Assembly: GCA_965248835.1 (NCBI GenBank)
Contig: CBDFLJ010000001.1
Span: forward strand, 1,824,001 to 1,888,000
Source: Alphaproteobacteria bacterium
GTDB lineage: Bacteria; Pseudomonadota; Alphaproteobacteria; MPNO01
Direction of reading: 5' to 3'
Length of the DNA: 64,000 bases
This document shows, piece after piece, positions 40,001 to 50,216 of this stretch. The notes under the pieces were generated by a model. It made no database searches. It saw nothing but the letters and a program-made list of their open reading frames with translations, and was not told where the DNA came from. Both the position numbers and the translations under genes were made by a program. The first letter of the stretch is position 1. Every line of letters starts with the position of its first letter.

Positions 40001-41590
40001 CAGCACCGCGAGCGGCGTGTCGTCGCCCATCGAGCCCACCGCCTCCTTGGCCTCCACGACCATCGGGTGGAGCAACAGCTCGACCTCTTCCAGCGAATAG
40101 CCGGCGGCGATCTGGCGGCGGCGCAGCGCCTCTGCGGTAAGACCGACGCGGACGGGCTCACTGGTCCCGATCAGGCTGTCGAGCTGGGTGAGGTTGCCGA
40201 ACCACTCGGCAAACGGCTCCTCGGCGGCAAGCTTCTTCTTGACGTCGGCGTCGTGATAGAGCGCGCCCTCGTCGAGGTCGACGGCCAGTATCTCGCCGGG
40301 ACCGAGCCGGCCCTTCTCGACGATCCGGGATTCCGGGCAATGGACCATCCCGGTCTCCGAGCCGACGATCAACAGCCCGTTGTCCAGGATCGAATAGCGC
40401 ATCGGCCGCAGCCCGTTGCGGTCCATCGCCGCGATCACCCAGCGTCCGTCGGTCCCGGTGATCGCGGCCGGTCCGTCCCACGGCTCCATGACGCAGTTGA
40501 GGTAGCTGAACAACGCCTTGATCTCGGGGTCGATGTCGGCCTTCTGCGACCACGCCGCGGGGATCATCATGCAGCTCGCGAACGGCGCGGACCGACCCGC
40601 CCGGCAAAGCAGCTCGAAGACGTTGTCGAGCGCCGAGGAGTCCGAGCCGCCCGGCTCGATTACCGGCTTGAGGTGATCGACATGGCGGCCGAAGACCTCC
40701 GCATCCATCCTGGTCTCGTGGCTCTTCATCCAGTTGACGTTGCCCGACAAGGTGTTGATCTCGCCGTTATGGGCAAGCATCCGGAACGGCTGGGCGAGCC
40801 GCCAGGTGGGGAAGGTGTTGGTCGAATAGCGCTGGTGGTAGATGGCGAAGCGGGAAACGAAGCGCTCGTCCAGCAGGTCGGGATAGAAGGCGGTGAGCTG
40901 CTCGGCCAGGAACATGCCCTTGTAGATCACCGAGCGCGAGGACAGCGAGCACAGATAGAAGCCGTTGATGTTCTCGGCGCGCGCCTGGTTCTCGATCAGC
41001 CGGCGGATGACGTAGAGATCGGCCTCGAACCTGTCGCCGGAAACCTCGGGGGCGCCGGCGATCATGATCTGCTCGATCTCCGGGCGCGTCGCGTTCGCCT
41101 TCTCGCCGATCACGTCGACATCGATCGGCACCTGGCGCCAGCCGTAGATCTGATAGCCGAACTTGAGGATCTCGGATTCGACGATGCAGCGGCAGCGTTC
41201 CTGGCCGGCGAGATCGGTGCGCGGCAGGAACACCATGCCGACGGCGATCGGGCCGTCGCCGGCGCTGTGGCCGGTGCGACGGATATGCTCTTTGAAGAAG
41301 TCCTGCGGGATCTCGACATGGATGCCGGCGCCGTCGCCGGTCTTGCCGTCGGCATCGACTGCGCCGCGGTGCCAGACCGCCTTCAGCGCCTGGATCCCGG
41401 CCTCGACCACTTCGCGGCTGGCAACGCCGTCGATGGCGGCCACCAGGCCGACGCCGCACGCCTCGTGCTCATGGGCCGGATCGTAGAGCCCGTCCGCGGC
41501 CAGCCGCCGCGCCTCGCGCTGCCAGCGCGCGACGAACCTGGCGCCGTCGTCGTGTCGATCCGGGTTCTCTGGGCTCGCCATCGCGCTCAC
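37022..41590 (-). CDS. gltB: Glutamate synthase large subunit
   Basis: CGVG amidotransferase start, HQRYSTNTFP, HNGEINT, QVASGRFGV, QGAKPGEGGQL, CIMVRQCHSNTCPVG, C-terminal GXGXG domain. Confidence 0.99.
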   Translation of the reverse strand: MSAMASPENPDRHDDGARFVARWQREARRLAADGLYDPAHEHEACGVGLVAAIDGVASREVVEAGIQALKAVWHRGAVDADGKTGDGAGIHVEIPQDFFKEHIRRTGHSAGDGPIAVGMVFLPRTDLAGQERCRCIVESEILKFGYQIYGWRQVPIDVDVIGEKANATRPEIEQIMIAGAPEVSGDRFEADLYVIRRLIENQARAENINGFYLCSLSSRSVIYKGMFLAEQLTAFYPDLLDERFVSRFAIYHQRYSTNTFPTWRLAQPFRMLAHNGEINTLSGNVNWMKSHETRMDAEVFGRHVDHLKPVIEPGGSDSSALDNVFELLCRAGRSAPFASCMMIPAAWSQKADIDPEIKALFSYLNCVMEPWDGPAAITGTDGRWVIAAMDRNGLRPMRYSILDNGLLIVGSETGMVHCPESRIVEKGRLGPGEILAVDLDEGALYHDADVKKKLAAEEPFAEWFGNLTQLDSLIGTSEPVRVGLTAEALRRRQIAAGYSLEEVELLLHPMVVEAKEAVGSMGDDTPLAVLSDQYRGLHHFFRQSFSQVTNPPIDSLREYRVMSLRTRLGNLGNILERNESQMRLLQLESPVLTNAAFAALSAYLGETAAVINCTFRNNDDELALRRAMHRIQRQAEDAVRGGAVHLILTDRDIGPDRAAIPMILAVGGVHSHLVAQSLRTFTSINVESAECMDVHYFAVLIGVGGTTVNAYLAQDTIADRHRRGLFGNMTLEDCIARYKTAIDQGILKVMSKMGISILSSYRGAYKFEAVGLSRWLVTSYFPGMTSRISGIGLHGIRRKVLELHERAFDREVAALPVGGLYRFRQNGESHAFEGRQIHTLQSAVATDSFATYRKYLEGVRSAPPINLRDLMEFSPKADPVPIEEVESITEIRKRLVAPGISLGALSPEAHETLSIAMNRIGAKSDSGEGGEDPERYHPRPNGDNASSAIKQVASGRFGVTAEYLNNCREIEIKIAQGAKPGEGGQLPGIKVSEMIARLRHATPGVTLISPPPHHDIYSIEDLAQLIYDLKQINPDAKVCVKLVSQSGIGTIAAGVAKARADVILVSGHSGGTGASPQSSIKYAGLPWEMGLSEVNQVLTLNQLRHRVVLRVDGGIKTGRDVAIAALLGAEEFGIGTASLVAMGCIMVRQCHSNTCPVGVCTQDPRLREKFSGTPEKVVNLFSFVAEEIREILASLGARRLTEIIGRTELLGQVGRGSAHLDDLDFNPMLVQADPGDHPHFCTLEGRNEVPDTLDAQMIQDAAPALELGEKMQLAYNIRNTHRAIGTKFSAMITRRYGMAGLQPGHITVRLRGSAGQSLGAFAVQGLKLEVFGDANDYVGKGLSGGTIVVRLATASPMNSNENTIIGNTVLYGATAGKLFAAGQAGERFAVRNSGATAVVEGCGSNGCEYMTNGTAVVLGAVGDNFAAGMTGGMAFVYDAAETFASRVNDDTVFYQRIQIAHWEGVLKALIEEHVRETQSRFAERLLINWDREAPRFWQVIPNEMVQRYDHAVIADAEAERTA

Positions 41591-43038
41591 TCCGCTGCGG
41601 TGGCGACGGCGCCGTCGAGCGCCTCGCGTCCGCAGACATAGTCGTGGATCGCCTCGGCCGCGTCGCGGCCGTCACGGATGCCCCAGACCACCAGCGATGC
41701 GCCGCGCACGATGTCGCCGGCGGCAAAGACGCCGTCGATCCCGGTCATCATCGTGCGGTAGTCGATGCGCAGCGTGCCCCAGCGGCTGACCGCGAGCTCC
41801 GGCGCATCGAACAGCGTCGGCAGGTCCTCCGGATCGAAGCCGAGAGCCTTGATCACCAGGTCGGCATCGACGGTGAAGCCCGAGCCCTCGATCGGCTCCG
41901 GCGTCTGGCGGCCCGACGCATCGGGTATGCCGAGGTGGATACGCATCGCGCGCACCGCGCGCACCGTCCCCTCGCCGAGGAAGGCTTCGGGCGTCGCCAG
42001 CCAGACGAACCGGACGCCTTCCTCCTCGGCATACTGCACCTCGCGCAGCGAGCCCGGCATGTTCTCCCGGTCGCGGCGGTAGAGGCAGCTCACCGATCGC
42101 GCGCCCTGGCGGACGGCGGTGCGCACGCAGTCCATCGCCGTGTCGCCGCCGCCGATCACCACGACATCCTTGCCCGCGGCATCCAATCGGCCGTCGTCGA
42201 AGGCCGGCACGGCATCGCCCAGCCCCTTGCGGTTGGACGCCGTCAGGTAGTCGAGCGCCGGCACCACGTTGGCCAGCCCCGCGCCCGGGAGCTGGATGTC
42301 GCGCGCCCTGTAGACCCCGGTCGCGATCAGCACCGCGTCATGGCGCGCGCGGATCTCCTCGAGGCTGGCGTCGCGGCCGACCTCGAAATTTCGGTGGAAG
42401 ACGATCCCGGCCTCCTCGAACAGCGCGATGCGCCGGCGCACGACCTCCTTTTCGAGCTTGAAGTTGGGGATGCCGTAAACCATAAGCCCGCCCATCCGGT
42501 CGTGGCGGTCGTAGACGTCGACCGCATAGCCGCGGCGGCGGAGCTGTTCGGCTGCGGCAAGTCCGGCGGGGCCGGCACCGATGATGCCGATGGAGCGGCC
42601 GAGCTCGCGGGCCGGGTGCGGCGGCTTCACCCAGCCGCGCTGCCAGGCGGTTTCGGTGATATGGCGCTCCACCGAGCCGATGGTCACCGTGCCGTGGCCG
42701 GATTGCTCGATGACGCAGTTGCCCTCGCACAGGCGGTCCTGCGGGCAAATGCGGCCGCAGATCTCGGGAAAATTGTTGGTCGCCGAGGAGATCTCGTAGG
42801 CCTCTTCCAGCCGCCCGGCGGCGGTCAGCATCAACCAATCGGGGATGTTGTTGTGCACCGGACAATGCACCTGGCAGAACGGCACACCGCATTGCGAGCA
42901 CCGGCTCGCCTGAGCCGCGGCGCCCTCGGGCGAGAAATCGCGATAGATCTCGACGAAATCCGTACGACGGGTCTCCGCGCCGCGCTTTTCCGGCGTCTGC
43001 CGATCCAGATCGACGAATTTCAACATTCCATTGGACAT
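41587..43038 (-). CDS. gltD: Glutamate synthase small subunit
   Basis: RCSQCGVPFC...CP, GRICPQDRLCEG.C, GAGPAG, GGGDTAMDC, AAGD. Confidence 0.98.
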   Translation of the reverse strand: MSNGMLKFVDLDRQTPEKRGAETRRTDFVEIYRDFSPEGAAAQASRCSQCGVPFCQVHCPVHNNIPDWLMLTAAGRLEEAYEISSATNNFPEICGRICPQDRLCEGNCVIEQSGHGTVTIGSVERHITETAWQRGWVKPPHPARELGRSIGIIGAGPAGLAAAEQLRRRGYAVDVYDRHDRMGGLMVYGIPNFKLEKEVVRRRIALFEEAGIVFHRNFEVGRDASLEEIRARHDAVLIATGVYRARDIQLPGAGLANVVPALDYLTASNRKGLGDAVPAFDDGRLDAAGKDVVVIGGGDTAMDCVRTAVRQGARSVSCLYRRDRENMPGSLREVQYAEEEGVRFVWLATPEAFLGEGTVRAVRAMRIHLGIPDASGRQTPEPIEGSGFTVDADLVIKALGFDPEDLPTLFDAPELAVSRWGTLRIDYRTMMTGIDGVFAAGDIVRGASLVVWGIRDGRDAAEAIHDYVCGREALDGAVATAAE

Positions 43039-43130
43039 GGGCTCTCCCCGGACCCGCCCCGGCGGCGCGGCTTGAATGCGCGCTCAAGAGTATAACTTAA
43101 CAGATGACAGCCAAATGACAAGCCCATTTA

Positions 43131-43145
43131 GTCAGTGTTACTGTC
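43131..43145. promoter_or_regulatory. Imperfect palindrome GTCAGT-GTT-ACTGTC upstream of gltDB (candidate operator)
   Basis: Dyad inside a conspicuously AT-rich divergent intergenic region. Confidence 0.4.
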
Positions 43146-43305
43146 CTATAAATGTCGCAATGATTCCAGACGACTTGTCCACAGGCGTGATGCGCGAAAT
43201 GAAATCCCGAAAATAGTACCAAAACGGGACAATAATCCAAGTCCTTGGCGCTTGGGCCCAATCCTGCTCTGATGTATATGGTGGCGGCCATCCGGGGGCA
43301 GGACC

Positions 43306-44106
43306 GTGACACTGCTACAGCTTGCCGTGATCGCGCTCGTTCAGGGCATCACGGAATTTCTGCCGATCAGCTCCTCGGCGCATTTGCGGTTGATCCCCCT
43401 GCTCGGCGATTGGCCGGACCAGGGCCTGCTGATCGATGTCGCGGTGCATGTCGGCACGCTGCTGGCGGTGATCGCCTATCTGCGGCGCGACTGCCTGGCG
43501 ATGGCGGCCGGCCTGACCCGGCTGAAGGCGGGATTGAGCGATCCCGGCCTGAGGATGATCCTCTACCTTGTCATCGCCACCATCCCGGTCGTCATCGCAG
43601 GCTATGTTCTGACGACCTGGTTCGGCGAAGCCTGGCGCAATTCCCTGGCGTTGATCGCCTGGTCGACGCTGCTGTTCGGCATCGCCCTCTACGGCGCGGA
43701 CCGCATCGGGCTGACGATCCACCGCATCGAGCACGTAAACGGCTTCGCGGCGCTTGCAATCGGCATTGCCCAGGTGCTGGCCCTGATCCCCGGCGCCAGC
43801 CGGGCCGGGGTGACGATGACGGCCGCGCGCCTGCTGGGCTACGAACGCCGCGATGCCGCTCGTTTCTCCATGCTGCTGTCGATCCCGACGATCATCGCGG
43901 CGGGAACCCTGGCGAGCTTCGCGTTGATCGAGACCGGTGACGCGGCCCTCCAGGCCGGCGCCGTGGTCGCCGGCCTGATCGCTTTCGTTACCGCCCTCAT
44001 CGCCATCGCTTTGATGATGAGCTGGTTGACGCGCTCAAGCTTCACGCCGTTCGTGGTCTACCGCATCGTCCTGGGCGGCGTCCTGTTGGGGATCGTCTAT
44101 TTGTAG
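43306..44106 (+). CDS. uppP: Undecaprenyl-diphosphatase
   Basis: VQGITEFLPISSSAH, AQVLALIPGASRAG.T, AARFS.LLSIP, FVVYR. Confidence 0.97.
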   Translation: MTLLQLAVIALVQGITEFLPISSSAHLRLIPLLGDWPDQGLLIDVAVHVGTLLAVIAYLRRDCLAMAAGLTRLKAGLSDPGLRMILYLVIATIPVVIAGYVLTTWFGEAWRNSLALIAWSTLLFGIALYGADRIGLTIHRIEHVNGFAALAIGIAQVLALIPGASRAGVTMTAARLLGYERRDAARFSMLLSIPTIIAAGTLASFALIETGDAALQAGAVVAGLIAFVTALIAIALMMSWLTRSSFTPFVVYRIVLGGVLLGIVYL

Positions 44107-44115
44107 GCGGCGCGC

Positions 44116-45060
44116 TCAGACCGCGCGCGCCCACTGCCCGCCGCGGCGGTAGCGGCCGAGATAGCCGGGAACGATCGATTCGACGGCGGTGGCGGTGATG
44201 CCGAGATCGGCGAGGCCAGGCGCCGCGCCGGCCACGGCGTCGGCAGCCAGCAGGCGCACCTGATCGCGCGTCAGCAGCGGCGGAAACGGCGACAGCTCCA
44301 GGAAATATGCCTTGATCGCCGCGATCGCGGAGGGCAAGGGCACCAGCAGCCGTCGCCGACCGGTCTGAGCCAGGATGTAGGACAAGATTTCCTCGAAGCT
44401 GTAGATTCTGGGCCCGGCGAACTCGTAGACCCGGCCCGCGGCGTCGGCGGAGTCCAGCGCCGCCATGATGCCGGCGGCAACATCGGCGACATAGACGGGT
44501 TGGAACCGGGTCTTGCCGCCGCCGATCAACGGCAGCGCGGGCGATAGCCGCGCGAGCCAGGCGAACCGGTTGTAGAAATCATCCTCCATCCCGAAGACGA
44601 CGCTCGGTCGGACGATCGTTGCCGCCGCGAACGCCGCACGAACCGCCTCCTCGCCGGCGGCCTTGGACCGGGCGTAATGCGCCGGCGAGTGCGCATCCGC
44701 GACGATCGCGGAGACGTGCACCAGGCGCGCGGCGCCGGCGTCCGCTGCCGCCCGGGCGATGCGGCCCGCACCGGCTTCATGGACGGCATCGAAACGCTGG
44801 CGGCCCCGTTCGTAGAGCACGCCGACCAGGTTGATCACCGTATCGGCGCCGTCCACCGCGGCGGCGACCGAGGCATCGTCGCGCACATTGGCCTGGACCG
44901 GCGCGATCTGGCCGACATCGCCCATCGGTTTGAGGAACAGCGCGGCCTCGGGGTGACGCACCGCGGCGCGGACCTGCGCGCCTGTCCGCGCCAGCGCACG
45001 CACGACGTAGCGGCCGATAAACCCCGAAGCGCCGAAGACCGTCGCGACCCGCACGGCCAT
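44116..45060 (-). CDS. Complex I NDUFA9-like atypical SDR
   Basis: VFGASGFIGRYVV, LKPMGDVGQI, INLVGVL, YARSK, FQPVYVADVA. Confidence 0.92.
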   Translation of the reverse strand: MAVRVATVFGASGFIGRYVVRALARTGAQVRAAVRHPEAALFLKPMGDVGQIAPVQANVRDDASVAAAVDGADTVINLVGVLYERGRQRFDAVHEAGAGRIARAAADAGAARLVHVSAIVADAHSPAHYARSKAAGEEAVRAAFAAATIVRPSVVFGMEDDFYNRFAWLARLSPALPLIGGGKTRFQPVYVADVAAGIMAALDSADAAGRVYEFAGPRIYSFEEILSYILAQTGRRRLLVPLPSAIAAIKAYFLELSPFPPLLTRDQVRLLAADAVAGAAPGLADLGITATAVESIVPGYLGRYRRGGQWARAV

Positions 45061-45145
45061 GACTGTTCCCCCACTGTCCCGGCCTCGCCAAGCCGCCCGC
45101 CGAAGAAACGCCACCGTCTCATATGTACCGAACCGGAACAAGCGG

Positions 45146-45174
45146 TTGACAAGCCGCCGTGGTCTGGCTACGGA
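45146..45174 (+). promoter_or_regulatory. Putative sigma70 promoter of tRNA-Leu
   Basis: Perfect TTGACA at 45146, 17-bp spacer, weak -10 (gcTACGGA), about 30 bp before the tRNA. Confidence 0.5.
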
Positions 45175-45202
45175 CCGGTTCGGCCCGGGCCGGACTTCGG
45201 AT

Positions 45203-45289
45203 GCCCAGGTGGCGGAATTGGTAGACGCGCAGGTTTCAGGTACCTGTGACCGCAAGGTCGTGGAAGTTCGAGTCTTCTCCTGGGCACCA
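45203..45289 (+). tRNA. tRNA-Leu (anticodon CAG)
   Basis: GCCCAGG/CCTGGGC acceptor stem, TGGTAGACG D-loop, CAGGT-TTCAGGT-ACCTG anticodon arm, long variable arm, GTTCGAGTC T-loop, encoded CCA. Confidence 0.97.
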
Positions 45290-45338
45290 CCGCATCCTGC
45301 CGCGCCGCGGGCCGTCTTGCGGGATCTGTGGTAATGCG

Positions 45339-45950
45339 ATGAGCGTCGATCTTCATGAAGGCGACCTGCCCGACGGGCTCGATCTCGGGAACGCCGTCGC
45401 GGTGGATACCGAGACGCTGGGGCTCAAGCCCGAGCGCGACCGGCTCTGCCTGGTGCAGCTCAGCGCCGGCGACGGCAACGCCCACCTCGTGCGGTTCCGC
45501 CGCGAGGTCTGCGAGGCGCCCAACCTGACGCGCCTGCTGGCCGATGCGGCGGTCATCAAGATTTTCCACTTCGCGCGCTTCGACATCGCCATGCTGGAGC
45601 GCTATCTCGGAATTCGCTGCCGGCCGGTCTATTGCACCAAGATCGCCTCGAAGATTGCGCGGACCTACACCGACCGCCATTCCCTGAAGGACCTCGCCCG
45701 CGAGCTCCTGGGCGTGGAGATCTCCAAGGAGCAGCAGTCATCGGATTGGGGGGCCGAGACCCTGAACCCCGAGCAGATCCGATACGCCGCAGCCGATGTC
45801 CTGCACCTGCACGCGATCCGCGCGGTGCTGGATGCGATGCTGGCGCGCGAGGCGCGCAGCGATCTGGCTGCGGCGTGTTTCGGGTTCCTGCCCGATCGCG
45901 CGGCGCTCGATCTCGGTGGTTGGGGCGATATGGATATCTTCGCCCACTAG
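45339..45950 (+). CDS. rnd: Ribonuclease D-like 3'-5' exonuclease
   Basis: AVDTET, DRLCLVQL, FHFARFD, CTKIASK, QQSSDWG, YAAADV (DEDDy). Confidence 0.93.
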   Translation: MSVDLHEGDLPDGLDLGNAVAVDTETLGLKPERDRLCLVQLSAGDGNAHLVRFRREVCEAPNLTRLLADAAVIKIFHFARFDIAMLERYLGIRCRPVYCTKIASKIARTYTDRHSLKDLARELLGVEISKEQQSSDWGAETLNPEQIRYAAADVLHLHAIRAVLDAMLAREARSDLAAACFGFLPDRAALDLGGWGDMDIFAH

Positions 45951-46058
45951 CGTTCGGTACCGCCGCGCCGGGCGCTCCCATCGAAACTGTTTTTTGGGTG
46001 GAAAGTGGCTACAGTGGCACGCGCTGGCAACCTCACGGTCGAGAACCGGAAGCCCACC

Positions 46059-47090
46059 ATGTCCATCGCCAAGGCCGAAACGAGGCGCGATCGGGCCTTC
46101 GCACCGAACGCCTCTGCGCCCGAAGCGGACGCGACCGCGGATCTCGCCGTCGCGCGCCGGGTGCTGGCGTTGGAGCGGGCCGGCCTGGACGCGATGGCCG
46201 GGCTGCTCGACGAAAGCTTCGGTGCCGCGGTCGCGCTGATGGAAAGGGCCCGCGGCAGCGGCCGGGTGGTGGTCACCGGGATGGGCAAGTCGGGCCACGT
46301 CGCGCGCAAGATTGCCGCCACCCTGGCCTCGACCGGCACGCCGGCGCTGTTCGTTCATCCCGCCGAGGCGAGCCACGGCGACCTCGGCATGGTGACCGCG
46401 GCCGACACCGTGCTTGCGATCTCGAACTCGGGAGAGACGGCGGAGCTTGGCGACATCATCGCCTATGCCAAGCGCCGGACGATCCCGGTGGTCGCGATCA
46501 CCCGGCGGCGCGACAGCGCGCTGGCGCGCGCCGCCGAGGTGGTGCTGACAATCCCCGACAGCGAGGAGGCTTGCCCGCTCAAGCTCGCGCCGACGACCTC
46601 GACCACGGTGATGATGGCGCTGGGCGATGCCCTGGCGGTCGCCCTCGTGGAGCGCATCGGGTTCTCGCCGGAGGATTTCAAGCTGCGCCACCCCGGCGGC
46701 AAGCTGGGCGACCGGCTGATCAAGGTCGAGACCATCATGCATGCCGGCGCGGCCCTGCCGCTGGCCCCGGCCGAGGTGCTGATGGCCGATGCGCTGATCG
46801 TCATGACCTCCAAAAGCTTCGGATGCATCGGTCTGGTCGACCGGGACGGCCGTCTGGTCGGGATCATCACCGACGGCGACCTGCGGCGGAACATGGCGGG
46901 CGATCTCCTCGACCGACCGGCCCGCGCCGTGATGACCACCGATCCCGAGACCATTTCGCCGGACATGCTGGCGGTGCAGGCGATCTCGATCATGAACCAG
47001 CGGGCCATCACCAGCCTGTTCGTGGTCCGCGACGGCCGGCCGATCGGCATTGTCCATATCCACGACTGCCTGCGCGCGGGCGTGGACTGA
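46059..47090 (+). CDS. kdsD: Arabinose-5-phosphate isomerase (KpsF/GutQ)
   Basis: GMGKSGH, HPAEASHGDLG, SNSGET, APTTST, HPGGKLG, CBS pair. Confidence 0.96.
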   Translation: MSIAKAETRRDRAFAPNASAPEADATADLAVARRVLALERAGLDAMAGLLDESFGAAVALMERARGSGRVVVTGMGKSGHVARKIAATLASTGTPALFVHPAEASHGDLGMVTAADTVLAISNSGETAELGDIIAYAKRRTIPVVAITRRRDSALARAAEVVLTIPDSEEACPLKLAPTTSTTVMMALGDALAVALVERIGFSPEDFKLRHPGGKLGDRLIKVETIMHAGAALPLAPAEVLMADALIVMTSKSFGCIGLVDRDGRLVGIITDGDLRRNMAGDLLDRPARAVMTTDPETISPDMLAVQAISIMNQRAITSLFVVRDGRPIGIVHIHDCLRAGVD

Positions 47091-47099
47091 GCGCGGCCC

Positions 47100-47768
47100 A
47101 TGGCGAGCTTCGGCGATACGGACGAGCTGTCCGCGCCGACCGGGACGCCGCTCTCGCCGACGCCGGTCGGCCGGGGCTATTCGCGTTTCGTCAGGCTGAT
47201 GAAGCTGGCCCTGCCGCTGGTCGCCGTGGCCATGATCGTCGCGCTCCTCACCTGGCCGCAATTCGACGACAATGCGCCGCAGTTACAGAGCGCCGTCACG
47301 GAGTTCATCGGCCAGGGAACCGGCGGCCATCGCCTGACCAACGCGCGGTTCACCGGGACCGACCGCAACCGAAACCCCTACGGGCTGACCGCCGAAGCGG
47401 TGGTCCAGCAGACGCCGGGCGGCGACGAGATCAGCCTGAGCCGGCCCGAGGCGGATTTCACCACCCGCAACGGCGCCTGGGTCGCGGTCTCTTCGCCGCG
47501 CGGCCGCTTTGCCCGCAAGCGGCGGACGATCGTCCTCGAGGGCGGGGTGAGCCTGTTCCACGATTCCGGCTACGCGTTGCGGACCGACGCCGCGACGGTC
47601 GACCTCGCGCAGGCGACGGTGGTCTCCGACACACCGGTGACCGGCCAGGGGCCGGCCGCCCATCTGGAGGCCGCGGGGTTTCGCATTCCGCGTGACGGCA
47701 AGCGAATCGCGTTCACCGGACCGGCGCGCGTGGTGCTGTACGGCGACCCCGAAGCGATTCCGAAATGA
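47100..47768 (+). CDS. lptC: LPS export protein LptC
   Basis: YSRFV..MKL.LP plus a single TM anchor and beta-rich domain; sits between kdsD and lptA. Confidence 0.85.
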   Translation: MASFGDTDELSAPTGTPLSPTPVGRGYSRFVRLMKLALPLVAVAMIVALLTWPQFDDNAPQLQSAVTEFIGQGTGGHRLTNARFTGTDRNRNPYGLTAEAVVQQTPGGDEISLSRPEADFTTRNGAWVAVSSPRGRFARKRRTIVLEGGVSLFHDSGYALRTDAATVDLAQATVVSDTPVTGQGPAAHLEAAGFRIPRDGKRIAFTGPARVVLYGDPEAIPK

Positions 47769-48615
47769 TCCCGGTCCGTATCCTTGTTGCCGCCGCTTCG
47801 GCGGTCGCGGCGGTCGCGGCGCTTGCGGCGCTCGCCGGCGGCGCATCGGCACAGACCGGCGGCCTGCCGTTCCGCCAGGGCACCGGGCCGATCACGATCG
47901 AGGCCGACGGCGGGATCGAATGGCATCAGTCCTCGCGCACCTACATCGCCCGCGGCAACGCCCGCGCGCGACAGGGCGATGTGACGGTGCGCGCCGAGGA
48001 GATGACCGCCCATTACCGCGACAGCGCCAAGGGCGGCACCGAAGTGTGGCGCATCGATGCCAGCGGCGGCGTGGAGATCACCGCCCCCGACCGGCGGGCC
48101 ACCGCAAGCCGCGGGGTCTACGATGTCGATCGACGGCTGCTCATCCTGACCGGCGCGCCGAGGCTCGAGACCGCCAGGGACCGGATCACCGCCGAGGACA
48201 GCCTGGAGTTCTGGCAGGACCGCGATCTCGCGGTTGCCCGCGGCAACGCCGCCGCGGCGCGCGACGGCCGGCGCTTGCGGGCCGGCGTCCTCAGCGCCAC
48301 CTTCGAGACCGATGCGTCGGGCGAATCGCGGGTGCGGCGCATCGATGCCTTCGGTGACGTGCTGATCTCGACCGCCGAGGAAATCGTGCGGGCCGACCGC
48401 GGCGCCTATGACTTGAAGACCGGGATCGCCAAGCTCGAAGGATCGGTCAAGATCACCCGCGGCACGGACCAGCTCAGCGGCGAGCGGGCGGAAATCGACC
48501 TCAATACCGGGATGAGCCGGCTGTTCGGCGGACCGGGCGGTGCGCGCGGCATTTTCGTGCCCAAGCCGGCCCGGCGTCCGCAACGCCCGGCGGAGCCTCG
48601 GCCCGGAACCGCGCG

Positions 48616-48619
<4 letters not shown>
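47765..48619 (+). CDS. lptA: LPS export protein LptA (OstA-like, tandem)
   Basis: Signal peptide, [17 protein letters not shown], two OstA-like repeats. Confidence 0.87.
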
Positions 48620-49392
<773 letters not shown>

Positions 49393-49695
49393 CAATCTTG
49401 TGCAGGTCATTGCTGCATCGCCGGCAATGGCGTCACGGCGGGGCCTGGGGCCGCGCCCGGCTTCGACCGCCGGGCCGTGCGCGAGTTGACTCGCCGCAAC
49501 CGCCGGGCCATATCTTGCGCCGCATTTTTCAGTCGCGGGACGATACGGGACGCTTGGGCCGGACTTCGGCCCGTAAGGGAGGGCCGTCCGTCCATCGGAC
49601 GCGCATCTTGGTGAGCATCTTGGGTTGGGCGGGCATGCGTGCGCCGCCGGGTCGCGGCGGAAGCACGTGATCCCGCGAGGGGCTGGGAGAACAGG

Positions 49696-50160
49696 ATGGA
49701 AATCGTCGATCTGCTGACCGAGGATCGCGTCGTCGACCGGCTCCACGCGGCGAGCAAGAAACAGGTCATCCAGGAGATCTCCCGGCGCGCCGCGGTGATC
49801 ACCAGGCTCGACGAGCGGGCGGTCTTCAATGTTCTTCTCGAGCGCGAGCGGCTGGGCACCACCGGTGTCGGCAAGGGTGTGGCGATTCCCCACGGCAAGA
49901 CCGCCGACATCGACGGGCTCTACGGCCTGTTCGCCCGGCTCGACCAGGCGATCGACTTCGACGCGATCGACGACCAGCCCGTCGATCTGGTGTTTCTGCT
50001 GCTGGCGCCCGAAGGCGCGGGCGCGGATCATCTCAAGGCGCTGGCCCGGGTCTCGCGGCTGCTGCGCGACCCGGCGGTCTGCGAGGCCCTCCGCGGGGCC
50101 TCCGATGCGCATGCCCTTTATGCGATCCTTACCACCGACGCGCGGCGCAGCGCTGCTTGA
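49696..50160 (+). CDS. ptsN: PTS IIA-Ntr nitrogen regulatory protein
   Basis: SKKQ, ERERLGTTG.G.GVAIPH, DHLKALARVSR. Confidence 0.95.
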   Translation: MEIVDLLTEDRVVDRLHAASKKQVIQEISRRAAVITRLDERAVFNVLLERERLGTTGVGKGVAIPHGKTADIDGLYGLFARLDQAIDFDAIDDQPVDLVFLLLAPEGAGADHLKALARVSRLLRDPAVCEALRGASDAHALYAILTTDARRSAA

Positions 50161-50216
50161 GCTCTTTTTGAATCTGCTTGAATCGGCGGCGGATCGGGGA
50201 ACCGAGGACGCGGAGC

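Noticed and set aside
38780-41641. 953-aa plus-strand ORF and similar long ORFs (2620..4131-, 13540..15873-, 54859..57024+, 45632..47695+)
   Set aside because: These are antisense or alternate-frame shadows of well-supported genes in high-GC DNA, with no recognisable motifs.
43175-43183. TTGTCCACA plus AT-rich DNA as oriC
   Set aside because: A single imperfect box in a 267-bp divergent promoter region is insufficient.
45203-45340. tRNA-Leu as an integration site for an island
   Set aside because: No integrase and no duplicated tRNA 3' end seen; the core gene rnd follows directly.
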